64,000 bases of DNA from Bdellovibrionota bacterium (GTDB lineage Bacteria > Bdellovibrionota_G > JALEGL01 > DATDPG01): assembly GCA_963668355.1 (NCBI GenBank), contig OY764265.1:928001-992000 (forward strand), given 5' to 3'. Under the pieces are notes generated by a model that saw nothing but the letters and a program-made list of their open reading frames with translations, was not told the DNA's origin and did no database searches. Positions 38,591 through 48,984 of this stretch are shown here, piece after piece; position 1 is the stretch's first letter; each line of letters begins with the position of its first letter. A program made the position numbers and the translations under genes.

Positions 38591-39001
38591 ATGAGAATTC
38601 TTGGAATCGACTATGGTCGAAAACGTGTGGGTTTAGCTCTGAGTGACGCGTTGGGCATCACGGCCCAACCTTCCGGTCATTTTCTCAACAACAAATCTTT
38701 ATTCGACAACCTCAAAAAACTCATCCAAGAAAATGACGTTTCCGAGATTGTTTTAGGTCACCCTTTGACGTTCAAAGGAACGAAGAGCCAAATGACGGAA
38801 GAAGTCGAAGCTTTTTCAGAAAAATTAAAAGAGCATCTTCAACTTCCGGTTACTCTTTGTGATGAAAGACTTACCACAGCTCAATCTGAAAGGCTTCTCA
38901 TTGAAGGAGACGTAAAACGAAAAAAAAGAAAAGAGGTTCGTGATAGCATGGCGGCTGTGCTAATTTTGACCGGATACCTTCAAAGCAGGGGTTCCCTATG
39001 A
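38591..39001 (+). CDS. ruvX: YqgF/RuvX pre-16S rRNA nuclease
   Basis: ILGIDYGRKRVGLA.SD, DERLTT, D..AA..IL. Confidence 0.95.
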   Translation: MRILGIDYGRKRVGLALSDALGITAQPSGHFLNNKSLFDNLKKLIQENDVSEIVLGHPLTFKGTKSQMTEEVEAFSEKLKEHLQLPVTLCDERLTTAQSERLLIEGDVKRKKRKEVRDSMAAVLILTGYLQSRGSL

Positions 39002-39999
39002 AAAAGATTGCACTCATTTTAGGAATTCTCATCTTCCTCGGCTTCATCGGGTTCAATCAAATCCAATCGTTTTACGCGCCCCCTTCTGGACCTCAGAGTG
39101 AAGAAGTTATTTTCATCCCGCCTGGCTCACCCCTTGGGGCCACGGCCCAACTGCTTCAGGATCAAGGCGTGATCAAAAGCGCCTGGAAACTCAAGCTCTT
39201 GGCACGCTTCAAAGGAGAAAGCCGAAACATCAAACCTGGTGAGTACAAAATCAAAGCCCCCACCTCTCCCAGCCATATTTTAGACATTCTTAAAGAGGGA
39301 AAGGTTCTTCTGCACAAAGTTACGTTTCCCGAAGGAATCACCGTAAAAGAGGTGGCTCAAATTTTGGAACAGAGGGAACTTGTCGATGCTGAACGGTTCA
39401 AAACCACCTTGGAGGACTTGAGTCTTTTGAATCGCTGGGGGATTTCCAGTCCCACCTATGAAGGGTTTTTATTTCCCGACACGTACTTTTTCTCTAAGAC
39501 TGAAGGAGAAGAAAAAGTTGTCGACACGATGTTGGAGCATTTTCAAAACGCTCTCACAGCCGAAGATCGACTGCGCATGGAGGATATTGGCGGAGATCTT
39601 CTTTCCTGGGCCACACTTGCATCCATCATCGAAAAAGAATCCAGCGACCCGAAAGAGCATCCACTCATTTCTTCCGTGTTTTACAATCGCCTTCGAAAAA
39701 ACATGCGCTTGCAAAGTGATCCCACCGTCATCTATGGCATTCCAAACTTCGACGGAAACCTAACCAAGAAACACCTGCAAGACAAAAGCAATCCATTCAA
39801 CACGTATATGCACAGAGGCCTACCCCCTCACCCCATCGCCAACCCAAGTGCCAGCGCCCTTCACGCCGCCATGAATCCGGCCAAAACCAAGTTTTTATAC
39901 TTCGTCGCCAAAAAAGACGGAACACACGCCTTCGCCAAAACATACAAAGAACATCAAAAAAACGTTCGCAAATATCAATTACGAAGAAGAAAAAAGTAA
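38998..39999 (+). CDS. mltG: endolytic transglycosylase MltG
   Basis: T.PEG, EGFLFPDTY, LASIIEKE, LQSDPTVIY, NTY..GLPP.PI. Confidence 0.96.
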   Translation: MKKIALILGILIFLGFIGFNQIQSFYAPPSGPQSEEVIFIPPGSPLGATAQLLQDQGVIKSAWKLKLLARFKGESRNIKPGEYKIKAPTSPSHILDILKEGKVLLHKVTFPEGITVKEVAQILEQRELVDAERFKTTLEDLSLLNRWGISSPTYEGFLFPDTYFFSKTEGEEKVVDTMLEHFQNALTAEDRLRMEDIGGDLLSWATLASIIEKESSDPKEHPLISSVFYNRLRKNMRLQSDPTVIYGIPNFDGNLTKKHLQDKSNPFNTYMHRGLPPHPIANPSASALHAAMNPAKTKFLYFVAKKDGTHAFAKTYKEHQKNVRKYQLRRRKK

Positions 40000-40016
40000 A
40001 ATCCAAAAATAAAAAA

Positions 40017-40529
40017 GCGCGACATTCGTCGCGCAAGGAGACTCCGAAATCGTTGTTAAGAACAGCTACGTTTAAGGGAAGCAAATCTGAGGAAGAGTCT
40101 CTCCGCTTTGGGTTACGTTCGCTCCAAAGACTACGATCACTGCAGGCGGGGCCCCTCGTTGTCCGCCCAGCGTCAAGCATAGCTTGCCGCAGGTCGTCTC
40201 CGTTTCCCCTACCTTCCGTTCACGAGGTCTTTGGGCTCTCTTCACAGGCGCGGAGAGACTCTTCCTCAGATTCGCTTTTAGTCATGAGTAATTCTTTTAT
40301 CTCGCTCCCCTCGCTTGAAATCATTCGTTTGAATGAACAGATAAATTTTCCATGAGAGATGTTCTAAAAATCACCTTGGAAATGTTGAAAGGGTGGCCGA
40401 CAGGGAAAGGGGCTCCGAGCACTGTCGGGGCGCAGCGAGCCCCTTTCCCTGTCGGTCAGGACCCTCCCACAAAATCTCTTCAGCTCACTTTATGCCCAGA
40501 ACGAAACTCATGCGCGACGAATGTCGCGC
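40017..40529. repeat. cluster of nested palindromes (REP-like) between convergent mltG and rimO
   Basis: 19-bp self-palindromic unit at 40017-40035 and its exact inverse at 40511-40529, 23-bp IR 40084-40106/40250-40272, 22-bp IR 40394-40415/40437-40458. Confidence 0.85.
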
Positions 40530-40546
40530 ATTTACGGATATCGCGC

Positions 40547-41893
40547 TCAAGCGCAACCAAAAAGATCATACTCACTGGCGCCTTCAATTTTTGCTTTCAC
40601 CATCGAACCCACTTTGAGCTTCTTGGCTTTTAGAAAAACCGAGCCATCAATATCCAACGCCTGTCCTTCGGTGCGACCCACGTATTGAAACTCACCTTTT
40701 TCCTCCAGCTTTCGATCCACCAAAATCTCCATCGTTTTTCCAAGATAGCTTTCGTTTCGTTTTTGGGAAATCGGCTGTTGAAGACGCATCAAGTGATCCA
40801 AACGAGACTGCTTCACTACCGTATCCAATTGGTTGGGCATTTCTCCCGCAGGCGTCCCTTCTTCTTGTGAATAAGCAAAGGCTCCCAAGCGATCAAATTC
40901 GGTTTCTTCAACAAAGCGCAGCAATTTTTGGAATTGTTCCTCCGTCTCTCCTGGAAATCCCACAATCAATGTGGTTCGAAGCGTGAGGCCGGGAATTCGA
41001 TTTCGAAGTTTCCGTAAGAGACCTCGAATTTCATCTTCATTCACATACCGGCGCATCGTCGCCAAGAGTTTGCTGTCAATATGCTGCAAAGGAATGTCTA
41101 AGTAACTGCAGATTTTTTCGTTTTCGGAAATCAATTCAATGAGAGAGTCCGAAAAAAACATCGGATAGCTGTAAAGCAATCGGATCCAACGAGGCCCAGG
41201 AATTTTTACGAGTTCCCGAAGCAATTTTTCCAAATTGGTTCCATCTTTCAGATCCACCCCATACGCCGTCAGATCCTGCGCAATGAGATTAATTTCCAAG
41301 GCCCCTGACTCCGCTAAACGCTCGACTTCTTTCACAATGGACTCAATGGATCGACTTCGCCCCGGCCCCCTGAGCTTGGGAATGATGCAAAAGCTACAGG
41401 TTCGCGAGCACCCTTCAGCAATTTTCACATACGCCGTATGCTCGGGCAGAACCATCAAGCGCGGCGTTGCATAGTCGTAAACAAACTCCGGATCGTTCAC
41501 CATAGACTTTGCCACAGGCAACTCCGTCGTCGCCCCAAGCACTTCCGCTATATGTTGAAATTCTCCGGTTCCGAGAAAGTGATCCACCTCCGGAAGCTCA
41601 TGCTCCAATTCTTTTTGATACCTTTGGGCCAAACAACCGGTCACGACAAGCTTCTGAATGCTTCCTTTCTTTTTCTTATGTGCCAGATCCAAAATGGCAT
41701 CGATGGATTCCTTTTTGGCATCCTCAACAAATGCGCACGTGTTCACAATCATCACATCCGCTTCATCTTCATTGGGGGTGAGTTCGTAGCCATCCTTTTG
41801 GAGCAGACCCAACATGACTTCCGAATCCACTAAATTCTTCGGACACCCCAAACTGACGACACCAATTTTCTGTTTTCTTGCCGGACGACTCAT
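40547..41893 (-). CDS. rimO: ribosomal protein S12 methylthiotransferase
   Basis: [37 protein letters not shown] domain ending EYDL. Confidence 0.96.
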   Translation of the reverse strand: MSRPARKQKIGVVSLGCPKNLVDSEVMLGLLQKDGYELTPNEDEADVMIVNTCAFVEDAKKESIDAILDLAHKKKKGSIQKLVVTGCLAQRYQKELEHELPEVDHFLGTGEFQHIAEVLGATTELPVAKSMVNDPEFVYDYATPRLMVLPEHTAYVKIAEGCSRTCSFCIIPKLRGPGRSRSIESIVKEVERLAESGALEINLIAQDLTAYGVDLKDGTNLEKLLRELVKIPGPRWIRLLYSYPMFFSDSLIELISENEKICSYLDIPLQHIDSKLLATMRRYVNEDEIRGLLRKLRNRIPGLTLRTTLIVGFPGETEEQFQKLLRFVEETEFDRLGAFAYSQEEGTPAGEMPNQLDTVVKQSRLDHLMRLQQPISQKRNESYLGKTMEILVDRKLEEKGEFQYVGRTEGQALDIDGSVFLKAKKLKVGSMVKAKIEGASEYDLFGCA

Positions 41894-41914
41894 GGAAGCG
41901 GTACTGTACATGAC

Positions 41915-42643
41915 ATGGAAGAGAGTCCCAAGTCATCCTCTGGACCCATTGTCATCCTTACGGGAGCCGGGATTTCAGCCGAGTCCGGGATATCCACATT
42001 CCGAGGATCCAGCGGACTCTGGGAAAACCACCGAATTGAAGATGTGGCTTCCCCAGAAGGCTTCGCTCGAAATCCAGAATTGGTTCAGCGCTTTTACAAT
42101 GGCCGAAGAAACCAGCTCACACTCGAGAACATCCAGCCCAACGCCGCCCACAAAGCCTTGGCCAAGTTAGAACAGGAATGGCCAGAGCCGGTTTTGATTG
42201 TCACACAAAACATTGATCCCCTTCATGAACGTGGGGGGAGCAAAAACGTTCTTCACATGCATGGAGAGCTTCTAAAATCGCGCTGCCAAGCTTGTGAGAA
42301 AGTGTTTGATTGTAACGAAGACTTGAATTCTCAGACTCCATGCCCGGGGTGTCAACAAATGGGAAGCTTACGACCCCATGTGGTCTGGTTTGGCGAAACC
42401 CCACTTTTTTTGCCTGAAATTTTTTCGGCCCTAGAAACTTGTTCGTTGTTCATGGCCATAGGAACTTCAAGCAATGTTTATCCGGCAGCGGGCTTTGTCG
42501 AGCACATTCGAATGAACACCATGGCCCACACGGTGGAACTGAATCTGGAGCCCTCCTCCATGAGATCCAATTTTCATGAGTGCATATACGGGCCAGCTTC
42601 AGACATTGTTCCCACGTATGTAGACGAATTGTTAAAAGCCTAA
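41915..42643 (+). CDS. cobB: NAD-dependent protein deacylase (sirtuin, class III-like)
   Basis: [18 protein letters not shown] (YxxR), TQNID, HG, two CxxC, VVWFGE. Confidence 0.95.
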   Translation: MEESPKSSSGPIVILTGAGISAESGISTFRGSSGLWENHRIEDVASPEGFARNPELVQRFYNGRRNQLTLENIQPNAAHKALAKLEQEWPEPVLIVTQNIDPLHERGGSKNVLHMHGELLKSRCQACEKVFDCNEDLNSQTPCPGCQQMGSLRPHVVWFGETPLFLPEIFSALETCSLFMAIGTSSNVYPAAGFVEHIRMNTMAHTVELNLEPSSMRSNFHECIYGPASDIVPTYVDELLKA

Positions 42644-43299
42644 AACTTCAACTCAGACATATCCAACCCTACAACCGGCATATTCTCTGGAGGTGTGAAC
42701 ACAAACGCATCTCCGGAAAGCGGTTCGTTAACTTTCATGTTCAAAAATCGAATTTCGTTCTCTCCACCAAATCCGTCCATAATGCGTGAAGCTTTGACCA
42801 AAACACGTTCCCCAAGGCTCAGCGTCAACAACACTTCTGCTGTATTGGGTATGGGTTCTTTTGGCACACATTTCAAAACAACTTCATCTTTATTTTCAGA
42901 AGCAATCGAAACCTTAAAAAGTTCTGTCAACTTTCCCTTCCCCCATAGAAATGACAAGGCGACAGGCAATTCTTCGTCTTTCGGCTGTTTTCCTCTGAGA
43001 ACTTGACGGTCCTCGGGATCAAAAAGCGTGATGTGTTTTCCATCCATCAAGATCATTTTCTTTTTCGGCTGATCGTAATCCCAGCGCATTTTTCCGGGCT
43101 TGGAAATCCGAACATTCCCTGAGGCGTTTTTATTTCCAAAGCGCTTGGAACGATACGTTTGCTGAAATGTTCCTTGTACCGTTTGAATGGATTCGTATGA
43201 GCTTTGGAGATCGTTCACGACGTCTTTGGCTTGAAAAGCCCAGGCACTCCCGACTCCCAAAACCAACAGGAATAGGATCATGATGTTTTGCTTCTTCAC
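42640..43299 (-). CDS. lolA: outer membrane lipoprotein carrier LolA
   Basis: Signal peptide, [18 protein letters not shown]; lies downstream of ftsK. Confidence 0.92.
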   Translation of the reverse strand: MKKQNIMILFLLVLGVGSAWAFQAKDVVNDLQSSYESIQTVQGTFQQTYRSKRFGNKNASGNVRISKPGKMRWDYDQPKKKMILMDGKHITLFDPEDRQVLRGKQPKDEELPVALSFLWGKGKLTELFKVSIASENKDEVVLKCVPKEPIPNTAEVLLTLSLGERVLVKASRIMDGFGGENEIRFLNMKVNEPLSGDAFVFTPPENMPVVGLDMSELKF

Positions 43300-43331
43300 A
43301 GTTCGGGAAGCCTACACCAAACTAGGTTACG

Positions 43332-44633
43332 TTAAAACCGGACAGGCCACCCTTGGCTCGCTTGCCCATCTGAGCGAACCACAAATACCCACAGATCTTC
43401 ACCGCTCACAAAAGTTCCTTGATTGGTTTGAAACTGAATTTCATTCTCGCTCCATACAAAGCGGGGAATTTGAACTTCGCAATGTGCACCGTTCTGTTCT
43501 TTCTCCGAAAAATCGGGAACATTACAAACTTCGATCCGCGCTCTTGTTTGGTCAACGTACAAATCGTCGATATACGTAATATCTGGCTCCGTGCCTCCGG
43601 CTCGGCTGTTGCACGGATCATCATTGTGAACCATGGCACCAATACGAAAGTCTTGAATATATTGTTGCTCGCGAGCACAGTCATTGGCAACAAGATTCAT
43701 GTTCTCAGGATCTTCAACCATTAGGTTGGGTTCATTTCCGGAAGGTTTTGAATAGTTGATCCTACCCAGCAATTGTTTTCCATCTATCCAAAGTTGTTTG
43801 GAGCCGTTTTCCGCAGAGGAAGGGCGATCGTTTCGAATGAAAAATTCCCAACGCTTCCACTGATTTTGGTTTTCCGGGATATAGCTCGCCTCTGAGTAAC
43901 TCACCGTCGTGGGACGCGCATAACCATTATAATCTAAAAACGTGCTGGAACAGTCACCTTGAGAGGCCGAAGGCCAAGCATCTCCCTCACTTTGAACGGC
44001 ACCCAATAGCCACTGAAGGGCATCACCTTCATTATATAGGTAGATCTGCTTGTGATTGCAGATGTTGTGAAGATCGTCATAGTATGGATCAAAATATCGC
44101 CAGTAACGCACATATAGCTCTGTGTATTCCCCTCCGGCAACCCAGCCAAAAAAGTTGTATCCATAATTGTCCACAACCACCTTTGCACTGGCCGAGCCCC
44201 CATGTGAGCGATCATTGCTATAGTGTGTGCAGGGGTCACAATAGTCGCCGTGACAACAGTCGGTTCCGTTCACAGAGGCCTGGTGGTTCCAACCCAATCC
44301 TAGCTTGGCTTCACCTAGAGGCTGATTGAGAGTCCCATTTTCAAAATCATCAAAACTCAAGGGCTCCACTGGATTCTTGACTCCAAAGCCCTCTCCCGAA
44401 ATTGAATACACTTCCTCATGTATCAACTCTAAGGAGCTGACTTGTGAAATTTGAACGTCGCCTGTCGCCTCGGGATATAAGGGGGTGGGTTCAGAATCCT
44501 CTTCCACTTCTGATTCGTTATTTTGATGATCACTTGAAGGAGATATTTGGGAAGAACAACCTACCCCCCCCAAAATCACTGCCATCGATAAGAACGAGAA
44601 AAGAAAAACATGCTTTTTAAATAATTTTTTCAC
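43332..44633 (-). CDS. lipoprotein with probable concanavalin-A/polysaccharide-lyase-like jelly-roll domain
   Basis: Lipobox GVG|C, I.GEGFG, FDDFE.G, YVRYW, W.RWEF, LWIDG, YIDDLYVD...ARIE, WS..EI. GTG start inferred. Confidence 0.72.
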   Translation of the reverse strand: MKKLFKKHVFLFSFLSMAVILGGVGCSSQISPSSDHQNNESEVEEDSEPTPLYPEATGDVQISQVSSLELIHEEVYSISGEGFGVKNPVEPLSFDDFENGTLNQPLGEAKLGLGWNHQASVNGTDCCHGDYCDPCTHYSNDRSHGGSASAKVVVDNYGYNFFGWVAGGEYTELYVRYWRYFDPYYDDLHNICNHKQIYLYNEGDALQWLLGAVQSEGDAWPSASQGDCSSTFLDYNGYARPTTVSYSEASYIPENQNQWKRWEFFIRNDRPSSAENGSKQLWIDGKQLLGRINYSKPSGNEPNLMVEDPENMNLVANDCAREQQYIQDFRIGAMVHNDDPCNSRAGGTEPDITYIDDLYVDQTRARIEVCNVPDFSEKEQNGAHCEVQIPRFVWSENEIQFQTNQGTFVSGEDLWVFVVRSDGQASQGWPVRF

Positions 44634-44658
44634 CCTGACTCCCAGACCTACCATGCAA

Positions 44659-44675
44659 AGCAAAGAGCACGCCAG
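44659..44675 (-). promoter_or_regulatory. sigma54 (-24/-12) promoter
   Basis: CTGGCGTGCTCTTTGCT, close to YTGGCACGN4TTGCW; IHF-like TAACCTTTTGAAT at 44690-44702. Confidence 0.7.
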
Positions 44676-44775
44676 GCCTTTCCGAGAGATAACCTTTTGA
44701 ATTCACTCAAAACTTTTTTCACTCCACATGAAAAATGATTCCGCAGTATGAAAATATTGTCTTAAAAATTTTGCC

Positions 44776-47133
44776 TTAGATTTCGAATCGGCTCATCAAA
44801 ACTTCTCGCGGTTTTCCCACTTCCCCAGGAGCCAGAAGACCTTCTTCTTCCATTCGCTCCACAAGTCTCGCAGCTCGATTATAGCCAATTCGAAGTTTGC
44901 GCTGAATCATCGAGATGGAGGCAACACCATGATTTCGAACCACGTTGAGCGCCTGCTGATACATTTCTTCGTCTTCCCCTCCCCCACTGGAGGCTTCTTC
45001 CTCTTCCTTCGTTTTTAGGATTTCCAAGTCATAGTCGGGGGCCCCTTGTTCCTTCCAAAAGTCGGTGACGGCTTTAACTTCGGCATCCGAAACAAAGGCA
45101 CCGTGAACCCGTTCCAATTTCGAGGTTCCGGGAGGCAAATAGAGGCAATCCCCTGCTCCCAGAAGAAGTTCTGCACCGTTCGTGTCCAGAATGGTTCGGG
45201 AATCGACCTTGGAAGATACTTGAAAGGAAATGCGGGCAGGCATATTGGCCTTGATCACCCCTGTGATGACATCGACAGAAGGACGCTGCGTGGCCAACAC
45301 CAAATGAATTCCCGCGGCTCGCGCCATTTGGGCCAAACGAATGATCGACTCCTCGACATCTCGACTCGCCACCATCATCAAATCCGCCAACTCGTCTAGA
45401 ACAATGACAATATAAGGGAATTTTCCGTCATGTTCCTCGGGCTTCGTTTTCTTATCCTCGGAGCCATCCAGAAGAGGTTCTTTCTCTGGCTTTTCTTCTT
45501 TTTCAATTTTAAGAACTTTCTTGTTGTAACCTTCGATATTTCGAACACCCAGGTCCGCCATGAGCCGATAACGTCTCTCCATTTCCAGCACAGCCCAACG
45601 AAGTGCTGCCGCCGCTTTTCGTGGGTCTGTGACGACAGGTAATAATAAGTGAGGGATGCCATCATACAGAGACAACTCCAGCATTTTGGGATCCACCAAA
45701 ATCATTCGAACTTCGTCCGGCGTAGACTTGTAAAGAATCGACAAAATCAGACTGTTCACAGAGACCGATTTTCCGGATCCCGTGGCTCCGGCCATGAGAA
45801 GATGAGGCATCTTTCGAAGATCCACTGTATACGGCATTCCCGAAATGTCTTTCCCCAAAGCTCCCGTCAATCGAGAAACGCTGTCCGAAAACGTATCGCT
45901 GGCAATGACATCTTTTAGATACACAATTTGTCGTTCTCGATTAGCGACCTCAATGCCAACCACCGATTTTCCAGGCAATGGAGTCATACGCACGGAAAGC
46001 GCCTTCAAAGCGAGAGCCAGATCGTCATTTAAACGCATGATCTGGTTGACTTTCACTCCGGGTGCCGGCTCAAATTCATACATCGTCACTACGGGACCAG
46101 GCTGGACCTCAACAACCTTTCCAAACACGCCAAAATCTTTGAGTTTGGTTTCCAAGATTTGCGCATTTTGAAAAAGTTCTTCTCGATCGATGTTCAAATC
46201 CTGCTCATTGGGTGCATCTAAAAGCGTAAGGTTAGGAAGTTTATAGTTTCGAGGAGCTTTCCCTTCTTTTTCGACTTCCTCTTCTCCATCCAAGCTATGA
46301 AATTGTGGCAGGGATTCCTTTTTCTGTTTTTGTGAAGCCACAACAATGGGAATTTCCGGTTGCGGAAAACTTCCGGTTTCTTCCAGTTTGCCTAGATTTT
46401 TAACGGCTTTCCCATTTCCTTTTCGGGGACCGCTCATGGTCGGAATCTTGGGCGGAGTATCCTCTCGAATCACCTCAAGCCCTTTCTCCAATTCTTTGGA
46501 CTCTTTTTCCAAAAGACCATTGAACCATTTGCCCAAACGCAGGCTGTAGGCCGTGAGACTCTGAATGGCACGACGCTGTAAATGCACGAACCAGCTCAAG
46601 CGATCCAAAAATCCACGAAACGAAAACCGCCCAATCAACACCGCTGAAAGAAGTAGAAAAAGGCCGGCCAGGACATACGTCCCCGCCTCGCCCACATACT
46701 TCACCAACCCGAGCCGAAGAAGATGACCGACCAACCCTCCCCAAGCCGGAATTTGAGGCTGTTCTCCGCCCACCAAAGCCAGTCCCAAACTCGCAGAAAC
46801 CAAGATGAGAAAAAAACCTGCAATTCTGGCAGATGCGAGAAGCCACGTCGGCCGAAACACCACAGCCCAAGTCACGCCTAGAAGAGAAAGAGGCCATAAG
46901 TATGCGGCATAGCCAAATCCCTGCATTAACAGATCAGAGATATAACTTCCCAATATTCCGCAATAATTTCGAACCACTACGTCATCTGCGGCCACTCGCG
47001 TGTTGAAAGATGGATCCAGCGGATGATAGCTAATCAAGGCCAAAAAAAGGAAGAGGGTTAAGGCCAAAAGCGCAAAACCCACGAAATCTCTTACAGGAGA
47101 CGGTTCAGATTTTGTTTTAGGTTTCTTGGACAT
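44776..47133 (-). CDS. ftsK: DNA translocase FtsK
   Basis: N-terminal TM domain, PHLLMAGATGSGKS, DELADLM, LATQRPS, gamma domain IGYNRAAR. Confidence 0.97.
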   Translation of the reverse strand: MSKKPKTKSEPSPVRDFVGFALLALTLFLFLALISYHPLDPSFNTRVAADDVVVRNYCGILGSYISDLLMQGFGYAAYLWPLSLLGVTWAVVFRPTWLLASARIAGFFLILVSASLGLALVGGEQPQIPAWGGLVGHLLRLGLVKYVGEAGTYVLAGLFLLLSAVLIGRFSFRGFLDRLSWFVHLQRRAIQSLTAYSLRLGKWFNGLLEKESKELEKGLEVIREDTPPKIPTMSGPRKGNGKAVKNLGKLEETGSFPQPEIPIVVASQKQKKESLPQFHSLDGEEEVEKEGKAPRNYKLPNLTLLDAPNEQDLNIDREELFQNAQILETKLKDFGVFGKVVEVQPGPVVTMYEFEPAPGVKVNQIMRLNDDLALALKALSVRMTPLPGKSVVGIEVANRERQIVYLKDVIASDTFSDSVSRLTGALGKDISGMPYTVDLRKMPHLLMAGATGSGKSVSVNSLILSILYKSTPDEVRMILVDPKMLELSLYDGIPHLLLPVVTDPRKAAAALRWAVLEMERRYRLMADLGVRNIEGYNKKVLKIEKEEKPEKEPLLDGSEDKKTKPEEHDGKFPYIVIVLDELADLMMVASRDVEESIIRLAQMARAAGIHLVLATQRPSVDVITGVIKANMPARISFQVSSKVDSRTILDTNGAELLLGAGDCLYLPPGTSKLERVHGAFVSDAEVKAVTDFWKEQGAPDYDLEILKTKEEEEASSGGGEDEEMYQQALNVVRNHGVASISMIQRKLRIGYNRAARLVERMEEEGLLAPGEVGKPREVLMSRFEI

Positions 47134-47201
47134 ACAACAGGACTCCGCGAGGGAGTATATCCCACTTTCAGCTTTGCTGCTAAAGACGTCCGGAAATTCC
47201 C

Positions 47202-48869
47202 TTACACTTCCAAGACAATGGGCAAAACGACGGGCTTCCGATCCAATCGCCGCTTGAAAAATCGCCGTAGAGAAAGACGAATCTCCTCCTCTGCCCAATC
47301 CGCGTCTGTGCAAAGCTCCGGACCGACATCATCCAAGCAGTCCAGCAAAACGCCAAGGGCCTCATCCAATAAACCTTCGGCCTCCCCTTCACACGCAACC
47401 CCTCGAGAAAGCAATTGAGGTTCTTGCACAACTTTCCCTGTTTTTTGATCCACGACCACCACGGCCACCACCAACCCGGTCGCAGAAAGGTGACGACGAT
47501 CTCTCAAAATCTCGCTTCCCATCGTCACGAGTTCCGTTCCATCCACGACCGAACGAATCAATTCAATCGCTGGGTATTTCTCGACTTTTCTGTCTTTGAG
47601 AAATAAGGACTCTCCGTCTTCAATGAGAAAAATACGCTCTTCCGGAAGACCCAGTCCTTTGGCAATCTCGGCATGTTGAATGAGATGTCGAAATTCTCCA
47701 TGTACGGGCATAAAAAAATGTGGACGAACCGCACGAAACAGTTCTTCCAATTCCTCTCGGTGAGCATGTCCCGACACATGAACATGCGCCTCTTTCCACG
47801 TCACAACTTCGGCTCCCCGACGATAGAGCTGATTGATCATGGCATAAATGGCTCGCTCATTTCCGGGAATGAAGCGAGAAGATAAAATCACACGATCCTT
47901 GGGAAGCAATTGGACGCGCTTATCTTGACCCAACGCAATTCTGGACAAAGCAGAACGTACTTCTCCTTGGGTTCCGGTAGAAAGAATGATGAGCTTGTCA
48001 CGCGGGATGGAAGACAAATCTTCCTTTTCAACCCACATCGGTTCTTCGCTTTCCAATAGTCCCGTCTGACGAGCGACCTCAATATTCTGTTTCAAAGATC
48101 GTCCACTGACATAAACCCGTTTTCCCAATTTCTTGGCGATATCCAAAACTTGCCGAATGCGCGGAATATGAGAAGAAAAACAAACCAGGACAACCCAACC
48201 TCGCCCCCCTGCAATCTGCTTTTCCAGGTCTTCTCGAACGGACAATTCCGTTCCCGCACGTCCGGGACTTCCAGAATTGGTACTGTCGGAAAGCAGCAAG
48301 GAAACCCCTTGATCACCCAATTCGTTCAAACGCTCTAAGTCCGTAAAACGCCCATCAGCTGGTTCTTCGTCAATTTTAAAGTCCCCAGTATGAATGATCT
48401 TCCCTTCTGGAGTATCAATGGCCAGCCCGAAGGATTCCGAAATGGAATGACTCATCTCAATGAATTCCACCTCAAAAGGTCCCAAACGAACTTGCTCTCG
48501 CCCTTTGACTTCGTGAAGGGGGATATCCTCCTCCAGTTCGTGTTCGCGCAGTTTCCGGGCAATCATCCCCAAGGTAAACTTCGAACTGTAAAGAGGAAGT
48601 TTTCGCTGCCGAAGAAGATAGGGCAAGGCGCCAATATGGTCTTCGTGACCATGCGTAAGAACAATGCCCAAAACATCCAGATCCGGATTCAATACATAGG
48701 AAAAATCGGGAACGATCAGGTCAATCCCGGGCAATCGACCATCCGAAAAACGGACTCCGCAATCCACGACCATGGCCTGCTTTCCGGTTTGCAAAACCAT
48801 CATGTTCATTCCGATTTCTCCCACCCCTCCCAAGGGGAGAATCTTTAAACCTTGATTCACGTGTTTCAC
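47202..48869 (-). CDS. rnj: ribonuclease J
   Basis: PLGGVGEIGMN, THGHEDHIG, HTGDFK, HVSGH, PVHGE. Start approximate. Confidence 0.96.
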   Translation of the reverse strand: MKHVNQGLKILPLGGVGEIGMNMMVLQTGKQAMVVDCGVRFSDGRLPGIDLIVPDFSYVLNPDLDVLGIVLTHGHEDHIGALPYLLRQRKLPLYSSKFTLGMIARKLREHELEEDIPLHEVKGREQVRLGPFEVEFIEMSHSISESFGLAIDTPEGKIIHTGDFKIDEEPADGRFTDLERLNELGDQGVSLLLSDSTNSGSPGRAGTELSVREDLEKQIAGGRGWVVLVCFSSHIPRIRQVLDIAKKLGKRVYVSGRSLKQNIEVARQTGLLESEEPMWVEKEDLSSIPRDKLIILSTGTQGEVRSALSRIALGQDKRVQLLPKDRVILSSRFIPGNERAIYAMINQLYRRGAEVVTWKEAHVHVSGHAHREELEELFRAVRPHFFMPVHGEFRHLIQHAEIAKGLGLPEERIFLIEDGESLFLKDRKVEKYPAIELIRSVVDGTELVTMGSEILRDRRHLSATGLVVAVVVVDQKTGKVVQEPQLLSRGVACEGEAEGLLDEALGVLLDCLDDVGPELCTDADWAEEEIRLSLRRFFKRRLDRKPVVLPIVLEV

Positions 48870-48927
48870 CTTAGCTGGAAATGCGTGCGATGCCCAGAAA
48901 GCGCACCCTTCCTTCACAATTTTGGAT

Positions 48928-48959
48928 AAAAAAAGGGCGTGGAAAAAACCACGCCCTTT
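48928..48959 (-). terminator. intrinsic terminator
   Basis: AAAGGGCGTGG-A6-CCACGCCCTTT plus an A-tract. Confidence 0.85.
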
Positions 48960-48984
48960 CGAATGAATGAAAGAAACTCGATTC

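Noticed and set aside
7147..40529. CRISPR array or integron attC array
   Set aside because: The repeats are dispersed inverted repeats, not regularly spaced direct repeats; no cas or intI gene and no cassette pattern.
40053..40633. Short ORFs over the palindrome cluster (also 12357-12589 and 6924-7223)
   Set aside because: They translate repeat DNA and lack SD sites or protein-like composition.
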